DNA of 63,885 nucleotides, filler included, from Octopus bimaculoides (lineage: Eukaryota): assembly GCF_001194135.2 (NCBI RefSeq). It is 7 parts of 5 records of this genome, joined end to end, with 100 filler letters (N's around TTAATTAATTAA, not from the genome) between each part and the next. Parts side by side here need not be neighbours in the genome. Positions count along the whole stretch, not along the records: positions 18,364 to 27,022 come from NC_069003.1; positions 27,123 to 42,610 come from NC_068991.1; 5 more parts are not named here. One strand, written 5' to 3'. Shown here piece after piece: positions 26,027 through 40,220 of the stretch. The number at the start of each line of letters is the position of its first letter. Positions within the stretch are counted from its first letter, which is position 1. The notes below the pieces were generated by a model. That model had not been told where the DNA came from. It saw nothing but the letters and a program-made list of their open reading frames with translations, and made no database searches. The position numbers and the translations under genes were made by a program.

Positions 26027-26117
26027 ACCCTTAAAATACTATCGTCGATCCCCAATTCACTATTTTGTTGTGTAGACCCTAAAAAAAACTTTTATGGATC
26101 CTGGTTGAGAACCACTG
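26027..26117. mobile_element. hAT/Charlie-like MITE fragment (second copy)
   Basis: ggttgagaaccactg at 26103-26117. Confidence 0.55.
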
Positions 26118-27122
26118 ATATAGACTGAGTAGACCCCTAATGTGGCCACAGGCATCAATCCACTCCCACTAAATTTTGATTGATCAAAACGAGAGTTGAG
26201 TATGTCACCTGAATGCAGATTATCCCATACTCTCTGTTTCCGTTTGTCCTCCACTGTAACCAGAAACCCAAGATCTTTCCACTGACAAACCCAGTTCTTT
26301 CCCCCACTGTGATAAAGCTTCATCCATCTCCCTGTCGGAATTAGTCCCTGTTGGAGGAGAGAGAGGATGTTGCCTACCAAAGGGGAGCAGGCGTGATTGG
26401 AATACGGCGTTTTGTGTGTGTGAGTGTACAAAATGGCCACAGTCCATCGACTGAAACAAATAAAAGATATTTAAAATAATAATCACCTGCTCCTTATATT
26501 GATGTCCTTTAAACTCCCTTTAATCCTGAACAAGCAGACCTATAGGTTCAAAAAGACGTCTTAGCTGTGACCATCACCTCTTATTTTAAAACACTGTGTA
26601 TCTAGGGCTATATAATCCAATGTACCTAGATTATTTATCTTCTTCATTTTTTTTAACGATGAGAGCAGTTGATATAAATGTGGAAAAACTGAAATTTTCT
26701 CCCTCATTTTTTCACGAAAAACTACTGAATGAATATCGAGGCAGGTTATTTCCCCCTCTCTGTCACAGTCTAATTACTGTATCGACTCAATTAGAAAACT
26801 CTTTTGTATAATTTGTTAGCTACTAGCTGATGATTCGTTGTCCTTTCTTCTCTCTCTCTTTCTTTCTTTTTCTCTCTCTCCCATCTCATATTTTTCCATT
26901 CACTGTCAAGAGCACTCTCTCTATCCCTCTCTACATCTATCTATCTATCTATCTATCAATCCATCTATCTATCTGCCTATCTATCTATCTGTCTCTGTCT
27001 CATATATATATATATATATATANNNNNNNNNNNNNNNNNNNNNNNNNNNNNNNNNNNNNNNNNNNNTTAATTAATTAANNNNNNNNNNNNNNNNNNNNNN
27101 NNNNNNNNNNNNNNNNNNNNNN

Positions 27123-27154
<32 letters not shown>

Positions 27155-27514
27155 TATGTACGTGTTTTTGTGTACGTGTTTTTGAGTGTACGTATACACA
27201 TACGTGCGTACATACACATGCATTTATATTATTGATACGTATGTATTTGCAGATTTACTTTCACACACACACATATTTACTCACACGCACACACAGTCAT
27301 GCACATTCATTCGCAGGCACACAAATATACACACACGCACACACATATATAGGGAGAGAGAGGTTAAGAGACAGACATGCAGAGAAGTTTCTCATGAGTG
27401 CAATGGCGAGCGCTGTAAATGTCTGCGAAAAACCTTTATGGAATTTAAAAAGTGAATGTTTGTGATCAAAGGATTGGAGTATGTATATATTATAGGGAGA
27501 ACCCATTCTTCTTG

Positions 27515-27560
<46 letters not shown>

Positions 27561-27934
27561 GGAATGATGAGATCAATGATAACCTTAATGTATGAAAATC
27601 AAACTGGTTCAATAAAGGATTAAGCACAATTACCAAATATCTTCGAGATGCCATTATGAACAGAACTAAAAAGAAGTCACAACGCTATGGAAGGTATAAT
27701 CATGCATAACTTGAAAGAACACTGGTGAAATGTCCTGGTCAAGACTTCAATAAATCAGAGAAAATCGTTTGGGACAGAGAAACTGCGCAAAGCATTTGGA
27801 ATCCGTTGCGCACCAGATTTCAACATAATGTTAAAGGTTAATGAAAAAGGGAAATATATCGAACTGATTGGGGATCTTCAGGTTCTGCACTGGGGCCCGT
27901 AACTTTAGATTTCTACCGATAATTAGAGGAGCGC

Positions 27935-28067
27935 CTGCTGGCAGAAACGTTAGCACGCCGGGAGAAATGCTTAGCGGTATTTCGCTTGTCTTTACATACT
28001 GAGGTCGATCTAATCGACTGGCCCCTTTCCCCAAAAATTTCAGGCCTTGTGCCTAGAGTAGAAAAGA
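27935..28067 (+). mobile_element. Internally deleted SINE family B (tail 1) with perfect TSD
   Basis: 14-bp TSD aattagaggagcgc at 27921-27934 and 28068-28081. Confidence 0.9.
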
Positions 28068-28454
28068 AATTAGAGGAGCGCTTTGACTATGTGGCTACCT
28101 GCCTTAACATCAATCTTAAGATGTTGTGATTCCCAAACCCGGATATGACACTCCTCAGTCGAAGATTACCGAGACAAGCTAAGAAAGCTACAGTGAAGAT
28201 ATACAAACAATTTTTGAAGATCATCTTGTAAAAAGATGCAATGCCTTCGGGTGTGTGAACATGTGCACGTGCATATGATTTTACATACATGCGTACATGC
28301 ATCTATGCATGCATATATATACACTGTTACTTAGATATAAACACACAAGGCTACTTTCTTTGACTGTTTTTAAGTTCCAATGAAATCTTTCTGGGCTTCA
28401 AACCGGCTCCTCTGCTATTGGGGAGAAACTAAAAAAAAAAACTAAAACCAAGAA

Positions 28455-28793
28455 CAAACATACATACATACATCCAAACATACATACGTACATACATAGA
28501 TTCATGCATACATACATACATACATATATACATACATGCATTCATGCATACATATATGCATACATACATTCATTCATGCATACATACATTGATACATACA
28601 TATAATCATGCATACATACATTACATGCATTCATACATCCATACACACATACATGCATTCATACATACATATATACATACATACATGTATTCATACATAC
28701 ATATATGCATACATATATACCTGCATACATACATACATACATACATACATGCATTCATACATACATAAATGCATACATACATACATACATACA
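28455..28793. repeat. Degenerate (ATAC)n microsatellite
   Basis: Directly visible; runs into a gap. Confidence 0.95.
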
Positions 28794-29814
28794 NNNNNNN
28801 NNNNNNNNNNNNNNNNNNNNNNNNNNNNNNNNNNNNNNNNNNNNNNNNNNNNNNNNNNNNNNNNNNNNNNNNNNNNNNNNNNNNNNNNNNNNNNNNNNNN
28901 NNNNNNNNNNNNNNNNNNNNNNNNNNNNNNNNNNNNNNNNNNNNNNNNNNNNNNNNNNNNNNNNNNNNNNNNNNNNNNNNNNNNNNNNNNNNNNNNNNNN
29001 NNNNNNNNNNNNNNNNNNNNNNNNNNNNNNNNNNNNNNNNNNNNNNNNNNNNNNNNNNNNNNNNNNNNNNNNNNNNNNNNNNNNNNNNNNNNNNNNNNNN
29101 NNNNNNNNNNNNNNNNNNNNNNNNNNNNNNNNNNNNNNNNNNNNNNNNNNNNNNNNNNNNNNNNNNNNNNNNNNNNNNNNNNNNNNNNNNNNNNNNNNNN
29201 NNNNNNNNNNTATATATATATATATATATATATTATAGATATATCATATATTCATACATATATCTAAACATATGTATATACACACGCACACATATACGAA
29301 TATGTGTCTGTGAGAAACAGAAAATCAATGTATGCATATGTGAAAGTGTGCGTATATTTGTGTGCGTATATTTCTCTGTGTGTGTGTGTGTGTGTGTGTG
29401 TGCGTGAAGGAAGTGTACTGGACATGATGGCACCAGCTGCCAGTTGGTAGAAAGTCGACACTGTCTGTAGTAGCAGACACACCTTAGTGGTTGACCACAA
29501 GTCAAACGTCGCTTACAGAAAACAGCCGCACCCAAATCAACACGACACCCTCATACTTCACCCCACTCCACCCCCACACCACTCCATGCTATTCCCCTAA
29601 CTCCTACCCAGCACCAGGCCACCCCACATACACACAACTAAATCTACACCAAAAAATCAAAGTTTTTCGCTTTGTTATATATTATGCAATGTGTGTGCCG
29701 TATTGCGTTGTTGTTTAGACATAGATTAGTTCCATAGGCAAAGACGTTCCAGCCGTGACCATCACGTTTTATAACGTTATGTTATGGTAAGTGGTAAGTT
29801 AGGATATGTTATTT

Positions 29815-30660
29815 TGGTGCATGGAATGGACAACCTCGCTGAACAGAACACGTTAATGGCGAACGGCTATTTTGGGTGACCATCGATTTGGATTACCAAA
29901 CCACTGAAGCCAGTTTCTGAATACTGACCAGTGACCCGTCCACCCTCAGCAGAACATCTGTCAGATATCGAATGTCCTCGATTGATCTAAACTGATGAAG
30001 ACACCTAACTGAAGCCACACCCACAGTCGGTCTTATCTGCTGAGTTTCACATGGAGCGATATTGTTGTGTAAAACATGGACCCCATGTAGAAGTAGATTA
30101 ACGCTTCTCAGTCGAACACTGTCACTAATATCAAGCCTCAGCCTATTTGCGAGGATTTATGGTAGAAATCTTTCAGTCCCGAGATCAATTGCCAAAAATA
30201 GACAATTTCACCTCAACTGGCACTGTTCCCTTTCACGTTTGGCCAAGACACAGAGGAAGAACACAAAAGCCATGACATTTCAGGGCAAATTCCTCCAACA
30301 AATTCCAGACAAACCATCTACACCCGGATATATCTCTGTAAACAATTAACTCTTGACTCGAGTGGGCTATGGTTCCCAAAGTATGACCGTAACAGGAAAC
30401 ACGATTAAATGTCTTCTCCAAGCGGTGTCATTAAATTAGTCATGGTCTGGGCCAATACTGGCCGAAACCTAAGCAACTAAAATATATATTGAGTATAGCT
30501 ATAAGTCTGAGGTTTTTTAAGGTACGTTTCATTCCAGAGCCTTTTCTGATCAAAACCGTCACACCTTGGCGCACGCCACAAGAAATAATCCCGGCCTGTT
30601 TCTCATCGGGATAAAACTGATTGATGTTAAGCACGAAGTGCTCTAACACTAATCAACAGA
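29815..30660 (-). mobile_element. Tx1/L1-clade LINE reverse-transcriptase remnant
   Basis: GVTVLIRKGSGMKRTLKNLRLIAILN (compare GVITLIPK...NWRPITLLN) near 30570-30490, and SPLTCSVQRGCP (compare RQGCPLSP) near 29860-29825; heavily degraded. Confidence 0.7.
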
Positions 30661-31244
30661 ACTCATATCAAAGACCATCTAAAGCGTGTCACTTGTTGTT
30701 CACGCAGTCTCACCAACACTACCAGTATCTTAAGCATTAAGTTTCAATATTTCCAATATTTCTCTCCAGCCAAAGTTAATGATCGGACATCAATATTCAC
30801 TGAAAATATTTTATCGCTTTCATATCGCATCACTTTCACTCGAACCTTGCGCGCAATATTTAATTCTATGTATACCAGAGTAATCACCTTTGGTTTGACA
30901 GAATGAACTTTGAATCAAGCATCGAGAAATAGAACTATCCCAGAGCCGACTTCACATTCAGCACTTCATTGGTGCTATCATCTCTAAAACTCTATCCCAA
31001 CTCCCTAGTTAATTCTCTCCCACTGCTCAATTACTTCCTAAAGTTAGTTTAGTAGACTGCAAATTGATATTTTATCAGGATATATACTGATAAATACTCC
31101 TCAATCAATTTGTTACTTGTAACAAAACTTCGTTTAGCTCTTTCTCATTAAATCTTTATTATCGTGTATGTATACGTACACGTATATATAAGTTATATAT
31201 GCAATTACATATACATATACTTATATATATATATATACATATAT

Positions 31245-31350
31245 ATACACAACGACACATTCAAAGCCTTACTGAAGAGCTTAGAGATCAACACCCAAAT
31301 CAACCGCGACACCTGGGAAATGCAAGCACAAGAGCATCCTACCTGGTGAA
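31245..31350 (+). mobile_element. RTE (BovB-like) ORF C-terminal fragment
   Basis: NDTFKALLKSLEINTQINRDTWEMQAQEHPTW resembles the DTLK.SLK..I...WE..A.DR..W motif. Confidence 0.5.
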
Positions 31351-31384
31351 ACTAGAGCGGTTGATATATATATATATATATATA

Positions 31385-31548
31385 CGACGGTCTTCTTTCA
31401 GTTTCTGTCTACCAAATCCACGCACAAGGCTTTGGTTGGCCCAAGATTATAGTAGAAAACACTTGCCCACGGTGCCACGCAGTGGGACTGAACCCGGCAC
31501 CATGTAGTTGGGAAGTAAGTTTCTTACCACACACCCTCTCCTGCGGCT
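31385..31548 (-). mobile_element. SINE family A head
   Basis: Reverse complement of the family A head; similar minus-strand heads at 33877-33993 and 51035-51185. Confidence 0.85.
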
Positions 31549-31564
31549 ATATATACATATACAT

Positions 31565-31625
<61 letters not shown>

Positions 31626-31867
31626 TCATACACATGCATAGGCGTATGGAATTGTGCATGCATATATATACGGGCACCTGATTGTATGCGAAAAGTCAAA
31701 TAGTTCAAAACACCACATTGCCTGGGGAAATAATGAACACATGTATGCGTATATAATATTTATATACGTGTATTTTATGTATATTTATAAGTACATATGT
31801 GTTGAAGTGTGCGCATGCACAATGTATTATCTTTCAAAATTTGATCATACCTGTGTGCATGTATATA

Positions 31868-31906
<39 letters not shown>

Positions 31907-34103
31907 NNNNNNNNNNNNNNNNNNNNNNNNNNNNNNNNNNNNNNNNNNNNNNNNNNNNNNNNNNNNNNNNNNNNNNNNNNNNNNNNNNNNNNNNNNNNNN
32001 NNNNNNNNNNNNNNNNNNNNNNNNNNNNNNNNNNNNNNNNNNNNNNNNNNNNNNNNNNNNNNNNNNNNNNNNNNNNNNNNNNNNNNNNNNNNNNNNNNNN
32101 NNNNNNNNNNNNNNNNNNNNNNNNNNNNNNNNNNNNNNNNNNNNNNNNNNNNNNNNNNNNNNNNNNNNNNNNNNNNNNNNNNNNNNNNNNNNNNNNNNNN
32201 NNNNNNNNNTGTGTGTGACGGCTGAGGTGGCAAGAAGAACGCAGGCGCCAATTGATATACATGCAATTAATATATAATTAACGGAGAAGATTAAACCAAT
32301 AATTTGTGATGAAACCACTCACTGGACAGCAATATCACACACGCACAAACACAAACACACAAACACACACATGCACAAATACACACATACATACACGCAT
32401 ACATACACACATACACACACCCATATACACACGCACACCTACACACACGCAGCGTTTACATACATACATGCATACATACATACCCACTCCCTGTATACTC
32501 CTTGATACATTTGTCCAAATATGTCTTCAATAAGCAACTTAGAAAGAAATCCTGTTGCCTATATATATCCATAATTGTGAATACATGTGTATGGGGAGGA
32601 GTTGGCATGTCGGGCGCGCTTGTGTCTGTGTGTGCGCGCGAGTGTATGTGTGTGTGTGTGTGTATGTGTGTGTGTGTGTGTGTGTACGTGTGTGCATACA
32701 CACATATACTCAGGCTCCAACGCATATGTAGTGATAGATAGATAGATGGATGGATAGACTGGTACACATATATTGATATGCGGATATAAAATACATACAT
32801 ATGCATACGTACACATATGCATACATTCATGCACACACACATTCTAAAATACATTCGCACGCACACACACACACAGACACTCACACATTCACACACACAC
32901 TCACACGACTCTTCTTCCTCTTATACTCCGTTATCATTTTATTCATTTCATGATTACCAATAGATTATTTTTTTTCTGATTAGTCTTCCTTTTTATTCAT
33001 GTTTCCGTATATAATTCGTCCTTCAATTCTCACATCTCAAATGCAACAAAGACAGCAGTCAGTCGCGTATACATACATACATACATACATATATATACAT
33101 ACATATATACATACATACATATATATATATATACATACATATATANNNNNNNNNNNNNNNNNNNNNNNNNNNNNNNNNNNNNNNNNNNNNNNNNNNNNNN
33201 NNNNNNNNNNNNNNNNNNNNNNNNNNNNNNNNNNNNNNNNNNNNNNNNNNNNNNNNNNNNNNNNNNNNNNNNNNNNNNNNNNNNNNNNNNNNNNNNNNNN
33301 NNNNNNNNNNNNNNNNNNNNNNNNNNNNNNNNNNNNNNNNNNNNNNNNNNNNNNNNNNNNNNNNNNNNNNNNNNNNNNNNNNNNNNNNNNNNNNNNNNNN
33401 NNNNNNNNNNNNNNNNNNNNNNNNNNNNNNNNNNNNNNNNNNNNNNNNNNNNNNNNNNNNNNNNNNNNNNNNNNNNNNNNNNNNNNNNNNNNNNNNNNNN
33501 NNNNNNNNNNNNNNNNNNNNNNNNNNNNNNNNNNNNNNNNNNNNNNNNNNNNNNNNNNNNNNNNNNNNNNNNNNNNNNNNNNNNNNNNNNNNNNNNNNNN
33601 NNNNNNNNNNNNNNNNNNNNNNNNNNNNNNNNNNNNNNNNNNNNNNNNNNNNNNNNNNNNNNNNNNNNNNNNNNNNNNNNNNNNNNNNNNNNNNNNNNNN
33701 NNNNNNNNNNNNNNNNNNNNNNNNNNNNNNNNNNNNNNNNNNNNNNNNNNNNNNNNNNNNNNNNNNNNNNNNNNNNNNNNNNNNNNNNNNNNNNNNNNNN
33801 NNNNNNNNNNNNNNNNNNNNNNNNNNNNNNNNNNNNNNNNNNNNNNNNNNNNNNNNNNNNNNNNNNNNNTATACAACGGGCTTCTTTCAGTTTCCGTCTA
33901 CCAAATCCACTCACAAAGTTTTGGTCTATAGTAGAAGACACTTCCCCAAGGTGCCACGCAGTGGGACTGAACCCGGAACCATGTGGTTGGGAAGATAGAT
34001 GGGTGGTGGATGGATAGATACATACATACATACATACATGAAATCATACATACACACACAGACGCATGCATACACACACATGCACGCACGCACGCACGCA
34101 CAG

Positions 34104-34149
<46 letters not shown>

Positions 34150-34616
34150 GTAAATATATCATTCTCCAGGTATGAACATTGACACATTTGTCAATTTCCG
34201 ATTTATTTAAATAAATAACTAAAATAAAATAAAATCAAATATAAAAAGACAGTGCACAATGAAATATTAAAATAAATAAACACCATATCTATTAATGAAA
34301 TAGAAAATAGGGTTTTTCAGAACAATAGGGGTTTTGTTGTTATTTGTGGTGTTGTCGTTGGTGGCGGCGGCGGTGGCGTTACTGCTTTTGTTGTTCTTCC
34401 TGTTGGTGTTGTTCACCTAATCAAAATTTACTTCGTCTCAACAAGACAGCCATTACAACTCACAGCTTGCGGTCAGGTGTGGTACACGTTGGTCGTGAGG
34501 GACGGCGCTGCGGATTTGCATTGTATACATTCATACACACCCACCCCCACCACTATCCCCCCACACACACCATCCGCTCACAATACCGCTCCATGTGTAA
34601 TGGCTACACACACACA

Positions 34617-34662
<46 letters not shown>

Positions 34663-34741
34663 AACGAATCTGTGTATGTGTATATGAATCGACTGTGTAT
34701 ATATACACACATACATATAAACACACTTGCTTATATATATA

Positions 34742-34961
34742 AATAATCCTTTCTACTGGAAGCACGAGGCTTCGAATTCGTGGGGAGGGGACTAATCGAT
34801 TACATCGACTCCAGTATTTCACTGGTACATATTTAATCAATCCCGAAAGGATGAAAGGCAAAGTCGACGTCGGCAGAATTTGAACTCAGAACGTAGCGGC
34901 AGATAAAATACCGCTAAGCATTTCGCCCGGCGCGCTAGCGGTTCTGTTAGCTTGCGACCTT
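34742..34961 (-). mobile_element. SINE family B with tail type 1
   Basis: Reverse complement of the family B consensus seen at 63588-63806. Confidence 0.85.
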
Positions 34962-36493
34962 ATTTATTAAATTGAGTTTTTACCTGTAAATTTGGATTTT
35001 TATCCCTAATATATATATATATATATATATAAACAATTTTTGGCCCCTAGTGGGTAATAAAGAGATATATATATATAAACAATTGCAGCGTGGAAGGTGT
35101 TTATAAGCCATTTAAGAAACACACAAAAACCGTTAGATTCACTTCAACATTTAAATTTAAATTGCCAAAATATTTTCCTCGCTTTGAGACCGAGATCTGT
35201 TAACTGTGTATCTGAAATCGAATCGAGTACATAATTATTTCAGAAGGTATATATGACAAAACTTTATATTGTGAGCGCGCGCGCGCGGGTGTGTGTGTGT
35301 GAGAGAGTGTGTATGTCTGTAAGTATGTACACAGTCCACGTAATTGGAAATGAGAATGTTTGAACAGTACTCAATACCAAGCACGAGTGTTGTTTCTGCT
35401 AATCGCTGATGTTACTTTATAATCTTATTATTCGAATTGCACGTTGCTGATCATCAGACTAAATGCCAGCTCCTTTATCCTGTCTGCCTACAAGATGTTG
35501 ACACGACCGAAACGAAATATCATTGACCTCTACAAGGGTATTGAATACTCCTTTTTAAGGCAGTCAATACTGCACTGAGATATACATACATACATACATA
35601 CATACATACATACATACATACACNNNNNNNNNNNNNNNNNNNNNNNNNNNNNNNNNNNNNNNNNNNNNNNNNNNNNNNNNNNNNNNNNNNNNNNNNNNNN
35701 NNNNNNNNNNNNNNNNNNNNNNNNNNNNNNNNNNNNNNNNNNNNNNNNNNNNNNNNNNNNNNNNNNNNNNNNNNNNNNNNNNNNNNNNNNNNNNNNNNNN
35801 NNNNNNNNNNNNNNNNNNNNNNNNNNNNNNNNNNNNNNNNNNNNNNNNNNNNNNNNNNNNNNNNNNNNNNNNNNNNNNNNNNNNNNNNNNNNNNNNNNNN
35901 NNNNNNNNNNNNNNNNNNNNNNNNNNNNNNNNNNNNNNNNNNNNNNNNNNNNNNNNNNNNNNNNNNNNNNNNNNNNNNNNNNNNNNNNNNNNNNNNNNNN
36001 NNNNNNNNNNNNNNNNNNNNNNNNNNNNNNNNNNNNNNNNNNNNNNNNNNNNNNNNNNNNNNNNNNNNNNNNNNNNNNNNNNNNNNNNNNNNNNNNNNNN
36101 NNNNNNNNNNNNNNNNNNNNNNNNNNNNNNNNNNNNNNNNNNNNNNNNNNNNNNNNNNNNNNNNNNNNNNNNNNNNNNNNNNNNNNNNNNNNNNNNNNNN
36201 NNNNNNNNNNNNNNNNNNNNNNNNNNNNNNNNNNNNNNNNNNNNNNNNNNNNNNNNNNNNNNNNNNNNNNNNNNNNNNNNNNNNNNNNNNNNNNNNNNNN
36301 NNNNNNNNNNNNNNNNNNNNNNNNNNNNNNNNNNNNNNNNNNNNNNNNNNNNNNNNNNNNNNNNNNNNNNNNNNNNNNNNNNNNNNNNNNNNNNNNNNNN
36401 NNNNNNNNNNNNNNNNNNNNNNNNNNNNNNNNNNNNNNNNATGTATGTATGTATATATATGTGTGCGTATGTATGTATATATTTATGTATGCA

Positions 36494-36549
<56 letters not shown>

Positions 36550-36689
36550 TACGTATACATATACATTTATATTTAGGCGTGGCTGTGTGGTAAGAAGCTT
36601 CCTTCCCAACCACATGGGTCCGGGTTCAGTCCCACTGCCTGGAATTCTGGGCATGTGCCTTCTAGATAGATAGATAGATATTCATCATT

Positions 36690-37010
36690 GTTGAAGACTT
36701 CGTTCATGTCTCCGCTTTTGTTCCATGTAAAGGTCTCACAAGGTCTCTTTCCACGAGGTCTCTTTCCACCCGAGTACCAATCTCAAAACCCTTGCTGTCC
36801 CCCAATAGAGCAGTTTCTCGGACACATTCTACCCTCATGTCAATTCCAGTTTCTCCGACATATTTCTCAAACTTCATTATTAGTTCTCCATCTGCTCCGA
36901 CAACTGCTGGGATTATAGTTACTCTCTTCATTACCCTACGTGCAATTTTATCTCTTCGTAGCTGGTATTTTGCCATCTTTTCCGGCGGCTCTTTGTCATC
37001 TGCCAACAGG
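36690..37010 (-). mobile_element. R4/Dong-like LINE C-terminal endonuclease fragment
   Basis: EKMAKYQLRRDKIARRVMKRVTIIPAVVGADGELIMKFEKYVGETGIDMRVECVRETALLG matches the EK..KY...IP.V.GALG...Q.TALLG motif. Confidence 0.75.
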
Positions 37011-37014
37011 ATAA

Positions 37015-37203
37015 TTACCTCGTCGAGGAAAATGTTTAGACGAATTTTTTCCGACTTTACGTTCTGGTTTCAAATTTCACCATGGTCGACTTTGCCTCTC
37101 ATCCTTTTGGAATCGACAAAATAAATACCAGTTAAACATTGGGTCGATATAATCGACTAGCCCCACGCCAAAATTACTGGACCTGTGCTAAAATTTGAAA
37201 CCA
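37015..37203 (+). mobile_element. SINE family B (tail 1), 5'-truncated
   Basis: ggtcgactttgcctctcatcc...gggtcgatataatcgactagcc. Confidence 0.75.
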
Positions 37204-39291
37204 NNNNNNNNNNNNNNNNNNNNNNNNNNNNNNNNNNNNNNNNNNNNNNNNNNNNNNNNNNNNNNNNNNNNNNNNNNNNNNNNNNNNNNNNNNNNNNNNN
37301 NNNNNNNNNNNNNNNNNNNNNNNNNNNNNNNNNNNNNNNNNNNNNNNNNNNNNNNNNNNNNNNNNNNNNNNNNNNNNNNNNNNNNNNNNNNNNNNNNNNN
37401 NNNNNNNNNNNNNNNNNNNNNNNNNNNNNNNNNNNNNNNNNNNNNNNNNNNNNNNNNNNNNNNNNNNNNNNNNNNNNNNNNNNNNNNNNNNNNNNNNNNN
37501 NNNNNNNNNNNNNNNNNNNNNNNNNNNNNNNNNNNNNNNNNNNNNNNNNNNNNNNNNNNNNNNNNNNNNNNNNNNNNNNNNNNNNNNNNNNNNNNNNNNN
37601 NNNNNNNNNNNNNNNNNNNNNNNNNNNNNNNNNNNNNNNNNNNNNNNNNNNNNNNNNNNNNNNNNNNNNNNNNNNNNNNNNNNNNNNNNNNNNNNNNNNN
37701 NNNNNNNNNNNNNNNNNNNNNNNNNNNNNNNNNNNNNNNNNNNNNNNNNNNNNNNNNNNNNNNNNNNNNNNNNNNNNNNNNNNNNNNNNNNNNNNNNNNN
37801 NNNNNNNNNNNNNNNNNNNNNNNNNNNNNNNNNNNNNNNNNNNNNNNNNNNNNNNNNNNNNNNNNNNNNNNNNNNNNNNNNNNNNNNNNNNNNNNNNNNN
37901 NNNNNNNNNNNNNNNNNNNNNNNNNNNNNNNNNNNNNNNNNNNNNNNNNNNNNNNNNNNNNNNNNNNNNNNNNNNNNNNNNNNNNNNNNNNNNNNNNNNN
38001 NNNNNNNNNNNNNNNNNNNNNNNNNNNNNNNNNNNNNNNNNNNNNNNNNNNNNNNNNNNNNNNNNNNNNNNNNNNNNNNNNNNNNNNNNNNNNNNNNNNN
38101 NNNNNNNNNNNNNNNNNNNNNNNNNNNNNNNNNNNNNNNNNNNNNNNNNNNNNNNNNNNNNNNNNNNNNNNNNNNNNNNNNNNNNNNNNNNNNNNNNNGG
38201 GGGGAGGGTGCCAATTAGTACTAAAATATATCTTTACACTTTAATACATAACTTTGAACTTCTATCATCGTCAGTTTGGAAAGGGAAGTAAGCCGAGTTG
38301 GTTCAATTCAAAGGCGAAGCTGCTGCAAAGGCCCACCTGGGTCTAATTTTCGAACGAGACTTAATAGGTGTGGTTGCGAACCTGTATTGTTACAATGTAG
38401 TTTAGTAAAATTAGCCAGAGCGATAGCTTATAATACAGTTCAGCGAGGTTAGATAAATTGATAGTTTCTGATGTAGTTGCGGTAGACATTTTGTGTTACG
38501 TCACACGTGAAATAATACAGCTTCGACATGAAGAACTAAGCGATGTCTTGCAAATATTTGATTAATAAAATAGACTGAGACAGCCCCGAGCTACTGTAAT
38601 CCAATAGTAAACGGTGTGTGCGCATGCGTGTGGTGGGGTGTGAGAGAGTGAGCTAAGAGTAGAGTCCATTGTTAAATAATGATAAAAAATGAAATGAAAT
38701 AAAGCAAATGTCAGCCAGCTCCAAGCTTCCTATGAGATTTGATTGCAGAGCAAACAAAAAGACTTGCATTCAATGGCTTTCGGCAATAGGATTGGCCTTG
38801 ACAGAATACAACCAAACTTATATTATTGGTAATGAATGAATACATACGCACCTTTAAATATATACAAATGAATAAAACAAAGTAAGGGGTGAGAAAGAAA
38901 GCGAACTAAGGGGAAAGATTGGTTAAACATTCCAATGAAAATAACCACTTGGGGCAATCCATGCGCAACAAAGAGATAAAAAAACAGTGGTGTACAGTGA
39001 TGTGGAGGTCAGTTAAACAGCTACAAAAATGTTGTCTGAAATTACGGGAGGAATAAGGAAGAAGAAAAAGAAAATGAAGTTAAAGGAGGACATCAATGGT
39101 GAATTAATACGAAACTTGCCGCTATTTTCTTATACAATGAGTACAGCATCTAATTCCTATCTACTCCATTGTTGCGTAAAGACACACATAATACAATGAT
39201 TATGTTGAAAAGCGAAAAATTTGATTCATTTCTCAAAATCTACCAGTTGAATCGGGTGATGTGACAATCATGCTTACATTCTTATACATAC

Positions 39292-39340
<49 letters not shown>

Positions 39341-39401
39341 CATACATACATATNNNNNNNNNNNNNNNNNNNNNNNNNNNATACATATATATATATGTAT
39401 G

Positions 39402-39435
<34 letters not shown>

Positions 39436-39639
39436 TATACACACTGTATGTATACGTACGTATATATATACGTGTGTGTGTATGTATGTGTGTATGTCAT
39501 TATTCAGTTTATTTCAAGATTTCTTGCCAACATAGAAAGAACCGGTTTCTAACCTAGACCCAAGGCTCCTTCACTGGAATTTCAACATCAACAACAGGGT
39601 ATTTTTGTTTGTTTGTATGTATGTGTGTGTGTGTTTGTG

Positions 39640-39785
39640 TTTGTGTTGTGCCCTCCCACTGTCGCTTGGTAACCGATGTTGGTGTGTTTACGTCCCCGTA
39701 ACGCACCAGTTCGGCAAAAGAGACTACCGGCGATGCTCCAGCATGGCCGCAGTCAAATGACTGAAACAAGTAAAAGAATAAAATA
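39640..39785 (+). mobile_element. SINE family A tail with internal deletion
   Basis: gatgttggtgtgtttacgtccccgtaac...ctccagcatggccgcagtcaaatgactgaaacaag. Confidence 0.8.
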
Positions 39786-40034
39786 ATATGCGTCAAAAGC
39801 GGTATTAGTTTAAAATTACAATCTGTGTGTTATACTTAAAGTAGATGCCATTGTGAAAGTCTAATTCACTGTTTCATTCCTCTCGAGAAAGTATCTCTTA
39901 GAAACATATATATATATATCAGTAGCTGACAAAAATCGTAGAGCAGCGGTGGTTGAATTACAAACAGTGCATTTCTGCCTCCTTGCGCTTCGTCAGTAGT
40001 AAGAATCTACTAACAACTGAATGTTAACACAAAA

Positions 40035-40159
40035 TTGGCCGCCATATCAGTAGCGACCTCAGTGGTTTTTCAATCATTGCTTTATTCTATCGTCGTCAGC
40101 ATCATCATCACCACCAACACCACTACCACCACCACCATCACTACCTCATCACCATCATC

Positions 40160-40220
<61 letters not shown>

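Noticed and set aside
26230-26340. KDLGFLVT motif suggesting a CR1 RT C-terminus
   Set aside because: A single short motif is too little to call
35160-35215. Minus-strand stem plus GAAA plus palindromic AAUAUU
   Set aside because: No CUGANGA core upstream
39965-39999. Minus-strand CUGACGAAGC...GCAGAAAUGCA
   Set aside because: Stem II is only 2 bp and helices I and III do not close; at best a very decayed relic
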